The position numbers and the translations under genes were made by a program. The notes below the pieces were generated by a model. That model saw nothing but the letters and a program-made list of their open reading frames with translations, ran no database searches and was not told where the DNA came from. DNA of 64,000 nt from Longimicrobiales bacterium (lineage in GTDB: Bacteria > Gemmatimonadota > Gemmatimonadetes > Longimicrobiales > Gaopeijiaceae), in the NCBI GenBank assembly GCA_041690395.1, contig JAWLHJ010000003.1:1-64000 (forward strand), in the 5' to 3' direction. Shown here in pieces: positions 30,377 to 39,429 of the stretch; within the stretch, counting starts at the first letter, position 1, and each line of letters opens with the position of its first letter.

Positions 30377-32710
30377 TCAGCCGCCCGGGCGGTACACCTG
30401 CTCGGCGTGCTCCTCGATGTCCTCGGGATAGAAGTGCACCGGCCGCAGATCGCCGTCCGCGTAGAGCTGCTCCTGATCGTCGAAGTGGGGCGAATCGGGG
30501 TCTCCACTCTCGCCACCCGCCGTCACGGCCAGCGCCTCGACGCGGTCGCCGAACTCGACGACGGCGACGAAGCTGTTCCCGCTCGTTCCGTAGCGGCGCA
30601 CCGTGCCTGGATACGTCCGCGCGCCGAACGAAGCGAGGGATCCCCAGCGCGACGAAGTGAAGCCGACGGGAATGCTGGGCCCCTCGTCGTCGAAGGGCTG
30701 TACGATGTCGCCGGTCAGCCTCTGGAAACGGTTGATCTCGCCCCAGGGGGTGCGCCAGGAGCCGAAGTCATCCTCCAGGGTCTCCATCGCGGCCTGGAGC
30801 GCGCCGAGGCGCTGCTCGGCGGACGCGCGGGTCTCCGCGTACTCCGTCGTGCCCATCCCGGCGGCCTCGGCGTCTTCTCCGACGCGGTCGAGCAACTCCT
30901 CCGCCCAGTAGATCGCCAGGGCCGTGGGCACCGATTCGACGCCCCAGCGGAAGTCCCAGCCCCGGAGCTCGGCGATCGGCTCGGCGAGGGCCTCGACGAG
31001 CGGGCTCGACGTCGGGAGCGCGTCGTAGGAGCTCACCAGCGGCGGCACCAGAGCCGCGAAGGCGGTGAGATACGAGTCGTAGGCGGCGTCGCGCAGCCCC
31101 TCCAGCGTGAAGTCCGTCCGGCCCGGGAGGACCCGAAGCGCGTTCAGGCCGCGGGCGTTCTCCCCGTACCGGTCGACGTAGGGCGCGAAGTCGTCACGGT
31201 TCGGGCTGTAGGGCCCGGCGGCCGAGTACGGCCAGTTGTTCGTGTTCTGGATCCACCCGTTCGGCGGGTTGATGACGTTCGGGCTCTCGTCGAAGGCGAG
31301 CGGCGCACCCCAGTCCGCTGCGGGATCGGACCCGTCGACGGGCTCGGACCAATCGAAGGCGGTATCCCGCGTCGGGATGAAGTTGCTGTGGAAGTAGGCG
31401 ATGTTGCCCTCGGAGTCCGCGAACACGGTGTTGTTCGAGGAGTTCGCGTAGAGCTCCATCACCTCCAGGTACTCGTCGAGACCCGCGGCCTTGGTGCGGA
31501 GATACGACTGCTGGAGGGCCTCCAGCGGCTTCTCCATGAGCCCGACGGAGATCCAGCGGCCGTCCTCCTCGCGGACGATGGGCCCGTGGTGTGTCCGGTA
31601 GACCGTAAACGTGCGCTCGGCCATGTCTCCGCCGGTACGGTAGCGTACGGTGACCTCGCGCTGCTCGACCGGCCGTCGCTCGTCGCCGTAGACGTACAGG
31701 AGCGAGTCCCCGTCCGGCACGACGCGCTCCATGAATTCGTCGATGTTGTCCACGCCGCTCGAAGTGTGCATCCACCCCGCCGTCTCGTTGAAGCCCTGGT
31801 AGACGAAGAACTGCCCCCAGGTGACGGCCCCGTACGTGTTCAGTCCCTCGTCGCTCGTCATGTGCAGCTCGGAGCGGAAGTAGAACGACGTGTGCGGGTT
31901 GATGAGCAGGAGCGCGTTCCCGTCGACCGTGTTCGACGGGGCGATCGCGAATCCGTTGGAGCCCGACGGCTCGACCCTGGGGTCGTCCTCGCGAGACGGC
32001 GTCCATGATGCCTCGGTCACGCCTCCGTCGGCGGCCGTGCCCGCCATGGCCATGACCGGCCCGGGCGTCGCGGCAGGCGCATCAGGGGACTCGTCCGGGG
32101 CAGGGGCGGAGGCCATGGACGGCCGGGCGGCTGCTCCGGAACCGTCGACCGCCGCGGTCGCCGACGCGGTCATGCGTTCCACCGGGTCGGTCGCGTAGAA
32201 GTCGGCCAGGTCGGAGAGGCTCACACGCTCGATGTCGCCTCCGATGCTTCCCTCGCTGAACGTGAGCGCCATCCAGGGCTCGAAGCGGGTCAGGACCCGC
32301 GGCGTCACCTCGGGATGGGTATGTAGATAGTAGTTGAGGCCGTCGGCCCAGGCGTCCATCAGCTCGCGCAGCCAGTCCGGGCTCGTCCGGTAGAGCTCCT
32401 GCATCTCGGCCGGATCGATGAACAGCCGCATGCGGAGGTCACGCCAGATCTCGTCCTCGCCTTCGGCCTCCGCGAGACGGCCCATGGAATTGAGGAAGTT
32501 CACCTCGATCCGGTTGAAGTCGTCCTCGGCCTGGGCGTAGATCATGCCGAAGACGGCGTCGGCGTCCGTCCTTCCTCGAACGTGCGCGATCCCCCATTCG
32601 TCCCGCGTAATCGTCACGTTGTCGGCGCGGGCCTCCCAGCGGGCCTCTTCCAGACCGGGAGAGGTGCACGCTGCGAGCGCGATGGCGAAGATGATGGCGA
32701 GCTTCTTCAT
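30377..32710 (-). CDS. Penicillin acylase (Ntn hydrolase) family lipoprotein
   Basis: Lipobox LAAC, ITRDEWGIAH, YAQAED, beta-chain nucleophile GSNGFAI, LLINPH, HHGP; A/P-rich spacer peptide. Confidence 0.9.
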   Translation of the reverse strand: MKKLAIIFAIALAACTSPGLEEARWEARADNVTITRDEWGIAHVRGRTDADAVFGMIYAQAEDDFNRIEVNFLNSMGRLAEAEGEDEIWRDLRMRLFIDPAEMQELYRTSPDWLRELMDAWADGLNYYLHTHPEVTPRVLTRFEPWMALTFSEGSIGGDIERVSLSDLADFYATDPVERMTASATAAVDGSGAAARPSMASAPAPDESPDAPAATPGPVMAMAGTAADGGVTEASWTPSREDDPRVEPSGSNGFAIAPSNTVDGNALLLINPHTSFYFRSELHMTSDEGLNTYGAVTWGQFFVYQGFNETAGWMHTSSGVDNIDEFMERVVPDGDSLLYVYGDERRPVEQREVTVRYRTGGDMAERTFTVYRTHHGPIVREEDGRWISVGLMEKPLEALQQSYLRTKAAGLDEYLEVMELYANSSNNTVFADSEGNIAYFHSNFIPTRDTAFDWSEPVDGSDPAADWGAPLAFDESPNVINPPNGWIQNTNNWPYSAAGPYSPNRDDFAPYVDRYGENARGLNALRVLPGRTDFTLEGLRDAAYDSYLTAFAALVPPLVSSYDALPTSSPLVEALAEPIAELRGWDFRWGVESVPTALAIYWAEELLDRVGEDAEAAGMGTTEYAETRASAEQRLGALQAAMETLEDDFGSWRTPWGEINRFQRLTGDIVQPFDDEGPSIPVGFTSSRWGSLASFGARTYPGTVRRYGTSGNSFVAVVEFGDRVEALAVTAGGESGDPDSPHFDDQEQLYADGDLRPVHFYPEDIEEHAEQVYRPGG

Positions 32711-32885
32711 GAGGGACACATCCCGTCATGGTGAATGGAATTCACGACGGGGGCATCTTAAGGCTACGCCCCCGGCGCGGGCTACCCTCGGACCACCCCG
32801 GGCGCGTCACGGACTGTCGAAGCAGGTGCACCTTCTGTAAGGTTGTCCGACACGATTCCGGGCCCAGCCATAGGACAGAGTACGT

Positions 32886-33713
32886 ATGAATCGATGGAAG
32901 CTCGCGCCGGCCGCCCTCGGGCTGTTCCTGGCCGTCGCATGCGGCGGCGGGAGCTCGTTGCCGGTGCCCGAGCCTCGCTCCGAGGCCGACGCGCTCACAC
33001 AGGACGTCGACCGACTGCTCGACCTCCTGGACGTGGAGGGCGTGCTGGCCGCCCGGGACAGGGCGTTCACGCGACAGGTGGCCATCATGATCGGCGACCC
33101 TTCCGACCCCGAGCTCGAGCGGCTGGTCGACGCCGTGCTGACGTCGTTCACGTACGACTCGCTGCGTGCCGACGTGGCCGAGTACATGGTCTCCGAGGGA
33201 AGCCCCGAGGCCGTAGCGCGCGCGCTCCAGTGGATGGAGGGCGGTGCGACGGCCGCGGTGCGGCGCATCGGCGAGGAGTATCAGCCGGAGCAGACGCTGC
33301 AGGAGTACGCCAACGAGATGACCGACGAGCCTCCGTCGGAGGCGAGGATCCAGCTCATCGGCGCCTGGGCCGAAGCCCGCGGCGAAGGGCCGTTTTTCGT
33401 GCTCATGCAGGAGGCGATCCGCGAGGCCGCGTACCGCGTGCACGCCGCCTTCCGCCCCGGAGGCCCGGACTTCGAGCCCCTCTCGGGTGACGAGCTCCAG
33501 GTCGCCCAGATCAACAGCCACGGGGCCGCCGTCATACGACTGCTGCACGGCTACGCGCCGGCTCCCGATCAACTGATCCGACGGGCCACCGCCGAGTTCG
33601 CGTCGGAGGAGGGCCAGTGGCTGTCCGAGACCTACGCGCTGGCCGTCGCCCGGGCGATCCGCGCCGCCGGTGAGCGCACGGTCGCGCACCTAGAGGGCTT
33701 CGGGGACGCGTGA
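32886..33713 (+). CDS. Hypothetical lipoprotein (helical)
   Basis: Lipobox AVAC; coding-like codon usage; stop overlaps the next start. Confidence 0.65.
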   Translation: MNRWKLAPAALGLFLAVACGGGSSLPVPEPRSEADALTQDVDRLLDLLDVEGVLAARDRAFTRQVAIMIGDPSDPELERLVDAVLTSFTYDSLRADVAEYMVSEGSPEAVARALQWMEGGATAAVRRIGEEYQPEQTLQEYANEMTDEPPSEARIQLIGAWAEARGEGPFFVLMQEAIREAAYRVHAAFRPGGPDFEPLSGDELQVAQINSHGAAVIRLLHGYAPAPDQLIRRATAEFASEEGQWLSETYALAVARAIRAAGERTVAHLEGFGDA

Positions 33714-35947
33714 GCTCCGACCGTGTGGCGGTGGTTCAGGCGAACCTCGACCGCTTTCTGGCGACCGCTCCCGAGCCCGCGCGGCGGCTGGGACCGGAGG
33801 AACCCCTTCGGGATGGTGTGACGCTGACCGCCCGCAAGGCGCTGGCGCTCTACGAGGACCAGCTGCTGAGCCGCATGGCCGACGTCGAGGCCAGACGGCT
33901 GAAAGCCTCCGGTCGCAGCTTCTACACGATTTCGTCGGCGGGACACGAGCAGAACGCCGTCCTCGGCGCTTTGCTCCGCACGACCGACCCGTGCTTCCTG
34001 CACTACCGCTCGGGAGGGCTGATGATGGCCCGTGGGCGAAAGCTGCCGGAAGTCGACATGGCGTTCGACACCATGCTGTCGGTGTGCGCGAGCGAGGACG
34101 ACCCGGTCGGGCAGGGGCGGCACAAGGTGTGGGGGAGCCGCGCGCTCTGGGTCCCGCCGCAGACCAGCACCATCGCCTCGCACCTGCCCAAGGCCGTCGG
34201 CGCGGCGTTCACGGTGGGGCGGGCGCGCCGACTGGGCGTGGATCCAGGCGTGCCCGAGGACTCGATCGTGTGCTGCACGTTTGGAGACGCGTCGGCGAAC
34301 CACGCCACGGCGCTCACCGGTTTCCAGGCGGCGCGGTACGGGAGCCGACGCGGCAACCCGATGCCGATCCTCTTCGTGTGCGAGGACAACGGGCTCGGGA
34401 TCAGCACCGACACGCCCCGCCGCTGGATCCGGGAGAGCTTCGAGGGGCGCTCCCACATGCGGTACCTGGAGGCCGACGGGGAGGTCGACGACGTGTGGCG
34501 CGCCGTCGAGGAGGCGATCGACGTCTGCCGGGAGACCCGGACTCCCACGTTCCTCAGGTTGGTCACCGTGCGCCTGTGGGGGCACGCGGGGAGCGACATC
34601 GAGTCGGCCTACCGGTCACGGGACGCCATCGAGGCGACCGAGGCGCTCGACCCGCTGCTCCGGAACGCCCGGCGCCTCATCGAGCTGGGGGCCGCGACGC
34701 CCGGGGATCTGAGAGTTCGCGTCGCGGCGGCGGTGACCCGCATGCGTGCGGCCGCCGAGGAGGCGGCCGGAAGGGGACACCTCGATAGCGCGGAGCGGGT
34801 GATGGCTCCGCTCGCACCGTACGACGAGGCGCGTGTGCGGCGCTCGGCCGAGGTGCAAGTGCCCGAGGCGAGACGTCGCGCCTTCTGGGACAATGAGCTC
34901 CCGGAGGAGCTGAACGCGCCGGTGAAGCGAACCATGGCCGCGCACATCTCCTCGGCGCTCGCCGACGAGATGCTCAAGCGGCCCGAGGTGCTGGTCTTCG
35001 GGGAGGACGTGGGTCGGAAGGGTGGGGTGTACTACGTCACGGCCGGGCTGCAGAAGCGGTTCGGGCAGACCCGAGTGTTCGACACCCACCTCGACGAGAC
35101 GTCGATCCTGGGTCTTGCTCAGGGCGCCGGTCTCCTAGGGCTTCTGCCCGTGCCCGAGATCCAGTACCTGGCGTACGTCCACAACGCGCTCGACCAGCTC
35201 AGGGGTGAGGCGGCCTCGCTCCAGTTCTTCAGCAACGGGCAGTTCCAGAACCCCATGGTCGTGCGGATCGCGGGGCTGGCGTACCAGCGTGGCTTCGGCG
35301 GTCATTTCCACAACGACAACTCGATCGGCGCGCTCCGGGACATTCCGGGGCTGATCCTGGCGGTCCCGAGCCGGGGAGACGACGCCGTGCGCATGCTGCG
35401 CGGATGCCTGGCCGCGGCGCGGGAGTGCGGGCGGGTCGTCGCGTTCCTCGAGCCCATCGCTCTCTATCACCAGCGGGATCTGCTGGAAGAGGGAGACGAG
35501 GCGTGGCTGTTCGACTATCCCGCTCCCGGCGAGGCGCTGCTGCCGGGCGACGTGGAGACGTATGGAGAGGGGCCGCTGCTCATCGTCTCGTACGCCAACG
35601 GGCTTCACATGAGCCTGCGCGCCCGGGCGACGCTCGAGCGCGAGCATGGCATCGATGCGCGGGTGATGGACCTCCGCTGGCTGAGCCCGCTCCCGTTCGA
35701 GGCGATCCGGCGTGCCGCCGCGTCGGCCCGGTCCGTGCTCGTGGTCGACGAATGTCGCCGAACCGGGGGAGGGATCGCCGAAGCGGTGATCGCGGACCTG
35801 GCGGAGAGTGGATACGGGGGCGTGCTGCGGTCGGTGCGTGCGCCGGACTCGTTCGTTCCGCTGGGCCCTTCGGCGGATACGGTGCTCGTGCAGCCGGCGC
35901 AGATCGTCGAGGCCGCCCGGAAGGTCATGGAAGGCGTGGTCGCTTGA
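33710..35947 (+). CDS. Fused alpha/beta 2-oxoacid dehydrogenase E1-like TPP enzyme
   Basis: LHYRS, TPP motif GDA...CEDN, GHAGSD, FGEDVG, EIQY, FLEPIALY, DLRWLSPL. Confidence 0.88.
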   Translation: MSSDRVAVVQANLDRFLATAPEPARRLGPEEPLRDGVTLTARKALALYEDQLLSRMADVEARRLKASGRSFYTISSAGHEQNAVLGALLRTTDPCFLHYRSGGLMMARGRKLPEVDMAFDTMLSVCASEDDPVGQGRHKVWGSRALWVPPQTSTIASHLPKAVGAAFTVGRARRLGVDPGVPEDSIVCCTFGDASANHATALTGFQAARYGSRRGNPMPILFVCEDNGLGISTDTPRRWIRESFEGRSHMRYLEADGEVDDVWRAVEEAIDVCRETRTPTFLRLVTVRLWGHAGSDIESAYRSRDAIEATEALDPLLRNARRLIELGAATPGDLRVRVAAAVTRMRAAAEEAAGRGHLDSAERVMAPLAPYDEARVRRSAEVQVPEARRRAFWDNELPEELNAPVKRTMAAHISSALADEMLKRPEVLVFGEDVGRKGGVYYVTAGLQKRFGQTRVFDTHLDETSILGLAQGAGLLGLLPVPEIQYLAYVHNALDQLRGEAASLQFFSNGQFQNPMVVRIAGLAYQRGFGGHFHNDNSIGALRDIPGLILAVPSRGDDAVRMLRGCLAAARECGRVVAFLEPIALYHQRDLLEEGDEAWLFDYPAPGEALLPGDVETYGEGPLLIVSYANGLHMSLRARATLEREHGIDARVMDLRWLSPLPFEAIRRAAASARSVLVVDECRRTGGGIAEAVIADLAESGYGGVLRSVRAPDSFVPLGPSADTVLVQPAQIVEAARKVMEGVVA

Positions 35948-37212
35948 CACGGGCTGGGCGTTTCGCCGTGCTCCTGGCCGGGCTCGCTCTCCTGGGCGGC
36001 GCCCGGGCCGCCCCCGCTCCGGGTCAGACCCCCGCGCCTCCCTCGGCCGGCGGTGAGCCAGGGTCGGAGCTCCGCGTCTGGCTGATCACGATCGGACCCG
36101 GCGACGCCATCTGGGAGCGCTTCGGGCACAACGCGATCCGTCTGCTCGACACGAGTACCGGCTACGACGCGTCGTACAACTGGGGCATCTTCGATTTCCA
36201 GCAGGAGGATTTCATTCCGCGTTTCCTGCGCGGCGAGATGCTGTACATGATGGCGCCCTTCGCCAGCGAGCCCATGATCGACATGTACCGGGCGGCGGGA
36301 CGGGAGGTGATCGCCCAGGAGCTGGCGCTGACGCCCGCACAGAAGCTCGAGTTGCGCGACTTCGCGGAGCGGAACGCGCTGCCCGGAAACCGTGAGTACT
36401 TCTACGACTACTTCCTGGACAACTGCTCGACGCGGGTTCGCGACCTGCTGGACCGGGTACTGGGTGGCGCCCTTTTCGCGCGCTTCGGCACGGAGCCGAC
36501 GGGGACGTCTTACCGCTATCATACGCGCCGCCTCACCCAGCCCGACCGGCCACTGTACACGGGTATGGACATCCTGCTGGGCAGCCCCGGTGATCAGCCG
36601 ATCACCGTGTGGGCCGAGATGTTCCTGCCCATGACGGTCCGTGACGCCATCCGCGACTTCAGCGTGGACGACGGCGAGGGCGGCACCCGACCCCTCGTGC
36701 TGTCCGAAGAGCTCCTGGCCGAGGCGCGGGTCGCCGACGAGCCCGAACGGGCGCCGACCTGGTGGTACTGGTATCTGCTCGCCGGGCTGCTCGGCGGGGG
36801 GGCGTTCGCGTTCCTCGGGCGTCGGGCCGCGGGCGGCTCGGCACGGGCCCGCTGGGCGTTCGCCGGATTCGGGGGACTCTGGGGCGCCCTGGCGGGCATC
36901 GCCGGTCTCATCCTGGTCGCGGTCCTCTTCACGGACCACCAGTTCATGACGTGGAACGAGAACCTCTTCCTGCTCTCGCCCCTGTCGCTCGCTCTGGCTC
37001 CCCTCGTGCCCCTGGCCGCGATGCGTCCCTCGGTGCGGACGTGGGCCGTGCGCGTGGCGGGAGCCGTGGTGGCGCTCGCGGTGATCGGCCTGGTGATCGG
37101 CCTGCTGCCCTTCGCCGTCCAGCGGAACGCGTTCGAGATCGCCCTCTTCCTCCCGCTCCACGTCGGGCTGTGGCTGGGAGTCAGCGCACTGGGTTCTTCA
37201 GCGACCGGTTGA
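35944..37212 (+). CDS. DUF4105 / Lnb-like membrane protein (putative lipoprotein N-acyltransferase)
   Basis: FGHNAIR, YNWGIFDF, YFYDYFLDNCSTRVRD, then 4-5 C-terminal TMs; TTG start overlaps the upstream stop. Confidence 0.7.
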   Translation: MTRAGRFAVLLAGLALLGGARAAPAPGQTPAPPSAGGEPGSELRVWLITIGPGDAIWERFGHNAIRLLDTSTGYDASYNWGIFDFQQEDFIPRFLRGEMLYMMAPFASEPMIDMYRAAGREVIAQELALTPAQKLELRDFAERNALPGNREYFYDYFLDNCSTRVRDLLDRVLGGALFARFGTEPTGTSYRYHTRRLTQPDRPLYTGMDILLGSPGDQPITVWAEMFLPMTVRDAIRDFSVDDGEGGTRPLVLSEELLAEARVADEPERAPTWWYWYLLAGLLGGGAFAFLGRRAAGGSARARWAFAGFGGLWGALAGIAGLILVAVLFTDHQFMTWNENLFLLSPLSLALAPLVPLAAMRPSVRTWAVRVAGAVVALAVIGLVIGLLPFAVQRNAFEIALFLPLHVGLWLGVSALGSSATG

Positions 37213-37971
37213 GGGTGCGGGCCGATACGCCGTCCGGACGAGCCAGAGGACGTCGACGGCGAAGGAGTACGCGAGCAGCGTGAGCGCGAGACCGCATGCG
37301 CCGGCCACCAGCGACGGGGGGACCACCGGCGCGAGGGCCACGAGAAGGGCCGCCACCTGCACGACGCAGATCGCCTTGCGGCGGAAGCTCGGAGGCAGAT
37401 CTCCCGTCAGCGGCGTCCAGAGCCACCCGGCCAGGACGAACAGGTAGCGAACGAGTCCGATCCAGACGACCCAGAAGCCGAGCGGGGTGCTGGTCCACAC
37501 GAGCGCGGCGAGCACGAGGATCAGGAACGCGTCGAGCTCCATGTCGAAGCGGGCGCCGAAACGGGTCTCCGAGGCCGTCCGCCGCGCCACCGCGCCGTCC
37601 ACACCATCGAGTGCGAGCGCCACGAGTGCGAGCGCCACCGCGAGCCATGCGAGGGACCCTAGCGCGCTTCCGGGGGTCACCAGCAGAGCGGCGACGGGTA
37701 GCACCAGCGTGGCGCGCAACAAGGTGACGCGATTCGCCCAGCCGAGCCCGGGTGGCGGCAAGCGTCGGGGAGCGCCGGCAACGACGAGGGCGCTCAGCGC
37801 TGCGTATCCGAGAAGCACCGTCCACACGTACACGTCCGGGAGGTCGTGCCAGCGGGCGATGGCCACGGCGGCGGCGGCCGCAGGGACGGCCGCGACGGCG
37901 AGGTCACGGAAGCGGAATGGCCCGTCGGGACGCGTGGGAGCGGAGTGAGCGGATGGGGGCGGGGTACTCAA
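37198..37971 (-). CDS. CDP-alcohol phosphatidyltransferase family protein
   Basis: ANRVTLLR and signature DGVDGAVARR...FGARFDMELD; multi-TM. Start uncertain (TTG 37971). Confidence 0.88.
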   Translation of the reverse strand: MSTPPPSAHSAPTRPDGPFRFRDLAVAAVPAAAAAVAIARWHDLPDVYVWTVLLGYAALSALVVAGAPRRLPPPGLGWANRVTLLRATLVLPVAALLVTPGSALGSLAWLAVALALVALALDGVDGAVARRTASETRFGARFDMELDAFLILVLAALVWTSTPLGFWVVWIGLVRYLFVLAGWLWTPLTGDLPPSFRRKAICVVQVAALLVALAPVVPPSLVAGACGLALTLLAYSFAVDVLWLVRTAYRPAPSTGR

Positions 37972-37996
37972 GGCCTGCGACGATGATTCGAGGACG

Positions 37997-38989
37997 ATGA
38001 CGGAAACGATCCATACCCGGCAATTCTGGATACGGTCGCCCGGGCAGGGCGCGGTCGAGGACCGAGCCATCGCGCCGCCGGGTGCGGGGGAGCTCCTCGT
38101 GGAAGCCTCCTACTCCGGCATCAGCCGCGGCACGGAGGCCCTCGTGTTCAACGGGGCCGTGCCCGAGTCCCAACACGATGCCATGCGTGCGCCCTTCCAG
38201 GAGGGCTCGTTCCCCGGGCCCGTGAAATACGGCTACAGCAGCGTCGGGAGGGTCGCGCGCGCGGCCGACGCCCCCGAGCTCGAGGGACGCTCCGTCTTCT
38301 GCCTGTTTCCGCACCAGGACCGCTACGTCGTCCCGGTGGACGCCGTCGTGCCGTTGCCCGAGGGACTCCCGGAGGGGCGCGCGGTGCTCGGCGCGAACAT
38401 GGAGACGGCGCTCAACGTGGTATGGGACGCGGGGGTCGGACCGGGCGACCGTGCGCTGGTCGTCGGCGGCGGCGTGGTCGGCCTGCTCGTCGCCTGGATC
38501 GCCCGGGGGATCCCGGGGAGCGATGTCCTGATCGTCGACGTGGATCCGTCGCGGGCGGAGGTGGCCGAGGCGCTGGGCGTCTCCTTCGCCGGCTCCGTGC
38601 CCGCGGGCTTCGACGCCGACGTGGTCGTGCACGCCAGCGGCTCGCCGGAAGGAGCCGCCGCGGCTCTTGGCGGGGCGGGTGTCGAGGGGCGGGTCGTCGA
38701 GGCGAGCTGGTTCGGCGACCGGAGCGTGGGCCTGCCGCTCGGCGAGGCGTTCCACGCCCGCAGGATCACGCTTCGGAGCAGCCAGGTCGGGCGGATTCCG
38801 CCGGAGCGGGCGCCGCGCTGGACCCACCGCCGCCGGATCGAGAAGGCATTGGAGCTGCTGCGCGCTCCGGTGCTCGACCGGCTCGTGACCGGAGAGAGCC
38901 CGTTCGACGAGCTTCCAGACACCCTCCGTCGGCTCAGCGACGACCCGGCGGGAGCCCTCTGCCACCGCATCCGATATCGCCCGGGCTGA
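37997..38989 (+). CDS. MDR-superfamily (zinc-binding alcohol dehydrogenase-like) oxidoreductase
   Basis: SGISRGTE, KYGYSSVG, PHQ, NMETALN, Rossmann GGGVVG, SSQVG. Confidence 0.85.
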   Translation: MTETIHTRQFWIRSPGQGAVEDRAIAPPGAGELLVEASYSGISRGTEALVFNGAVPESQHDAMRAPFQEGSFPGPVKYGYSSVGRVARAADAPELEGRSVFCLFPHQDRYVVPVDAVVPLPEGLPEGRAVLGANMETALNVVWDAGVGPGDRALVVGGGVVGLLVAWIARGIPGSDVLIVDVDPSRAEVAEALGVSFAGSVPAGFDADVVVHASGSPEGAAAALGGAGVEGRVVEASWFGDRSVGLPLGEAFHARRITLRSSQVGRIPPERAPRWTHRRRIEKALELLRAPVLDRLVTGESPFDELPDTLRRLSDDPAGALCHRIRYRPG

Positions 38990-39030
38990 GTGTCCGGGAC
39001 CTGTTTACCCTCCCCACTCGAGGAAGACCA

Positions 39031-39429
39031 GTGTATAGCCTGACAGTCCGAGACCACTTCATGATCGCCCACAGCTTCGCGGGCGAGATCTTCGGCCCGG
39101 CCCAGCGCCTCCACGGCGCCACCTATGTCGTGGACGCGTCCTTCCGACGCGGCGATCTCGACGCGGACGGCCTCGTGGTCGACATCGGGAGGGCCCGGGA
39201 GGTGCTGCGCGAAATCCTCAGCGAGCTCGATTACCGCAACCTCGACGAGGTCGAAGCGTTCGAGGGCGAGAACACGACCACCGAGTTCCTGGCTCGCGAG
39301 GTCTTCGACCGGATCGCGAGAGCCCTGCGGGATGGAGCGATGGGCCCGGGTGGGCGTGGCGTCCAGACCGTGGAGGTGACCCTCAAGGAGTCGCACATCG
39401 CCTGGGCGAGCTACGAGGGCGCGGTGTGA
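39031..39429 (+). CDS. 6-pyruvoyl-tetrahydropterin synthase / QueD-like T-fold protein (atypical)
   Basis: RDHFMIAHSF, FGPAQRLHGATY, LDYRNLD, NTTTEFLA, ESHIAWA; GAGGAAG before the GTG start. Confidence 0.88.
   Translation: MYSLTVRDHFMIAHSFAGEIFGPAQRLHGATYVVDASFRRGDLDADGLVVDIGRAREVLREILSELDYRNLDEVEAFEGENTTTEFLAREVFDRIARALRDGAMGPGGRGVQTVEVTLKESHIAWASYEGAV

Noticed and set aside
39031..39429. queD of queuosine synthesis
   Set aside because: Lacks the CxxxHGH motif, and no queC/queE/folE neighbours are present.
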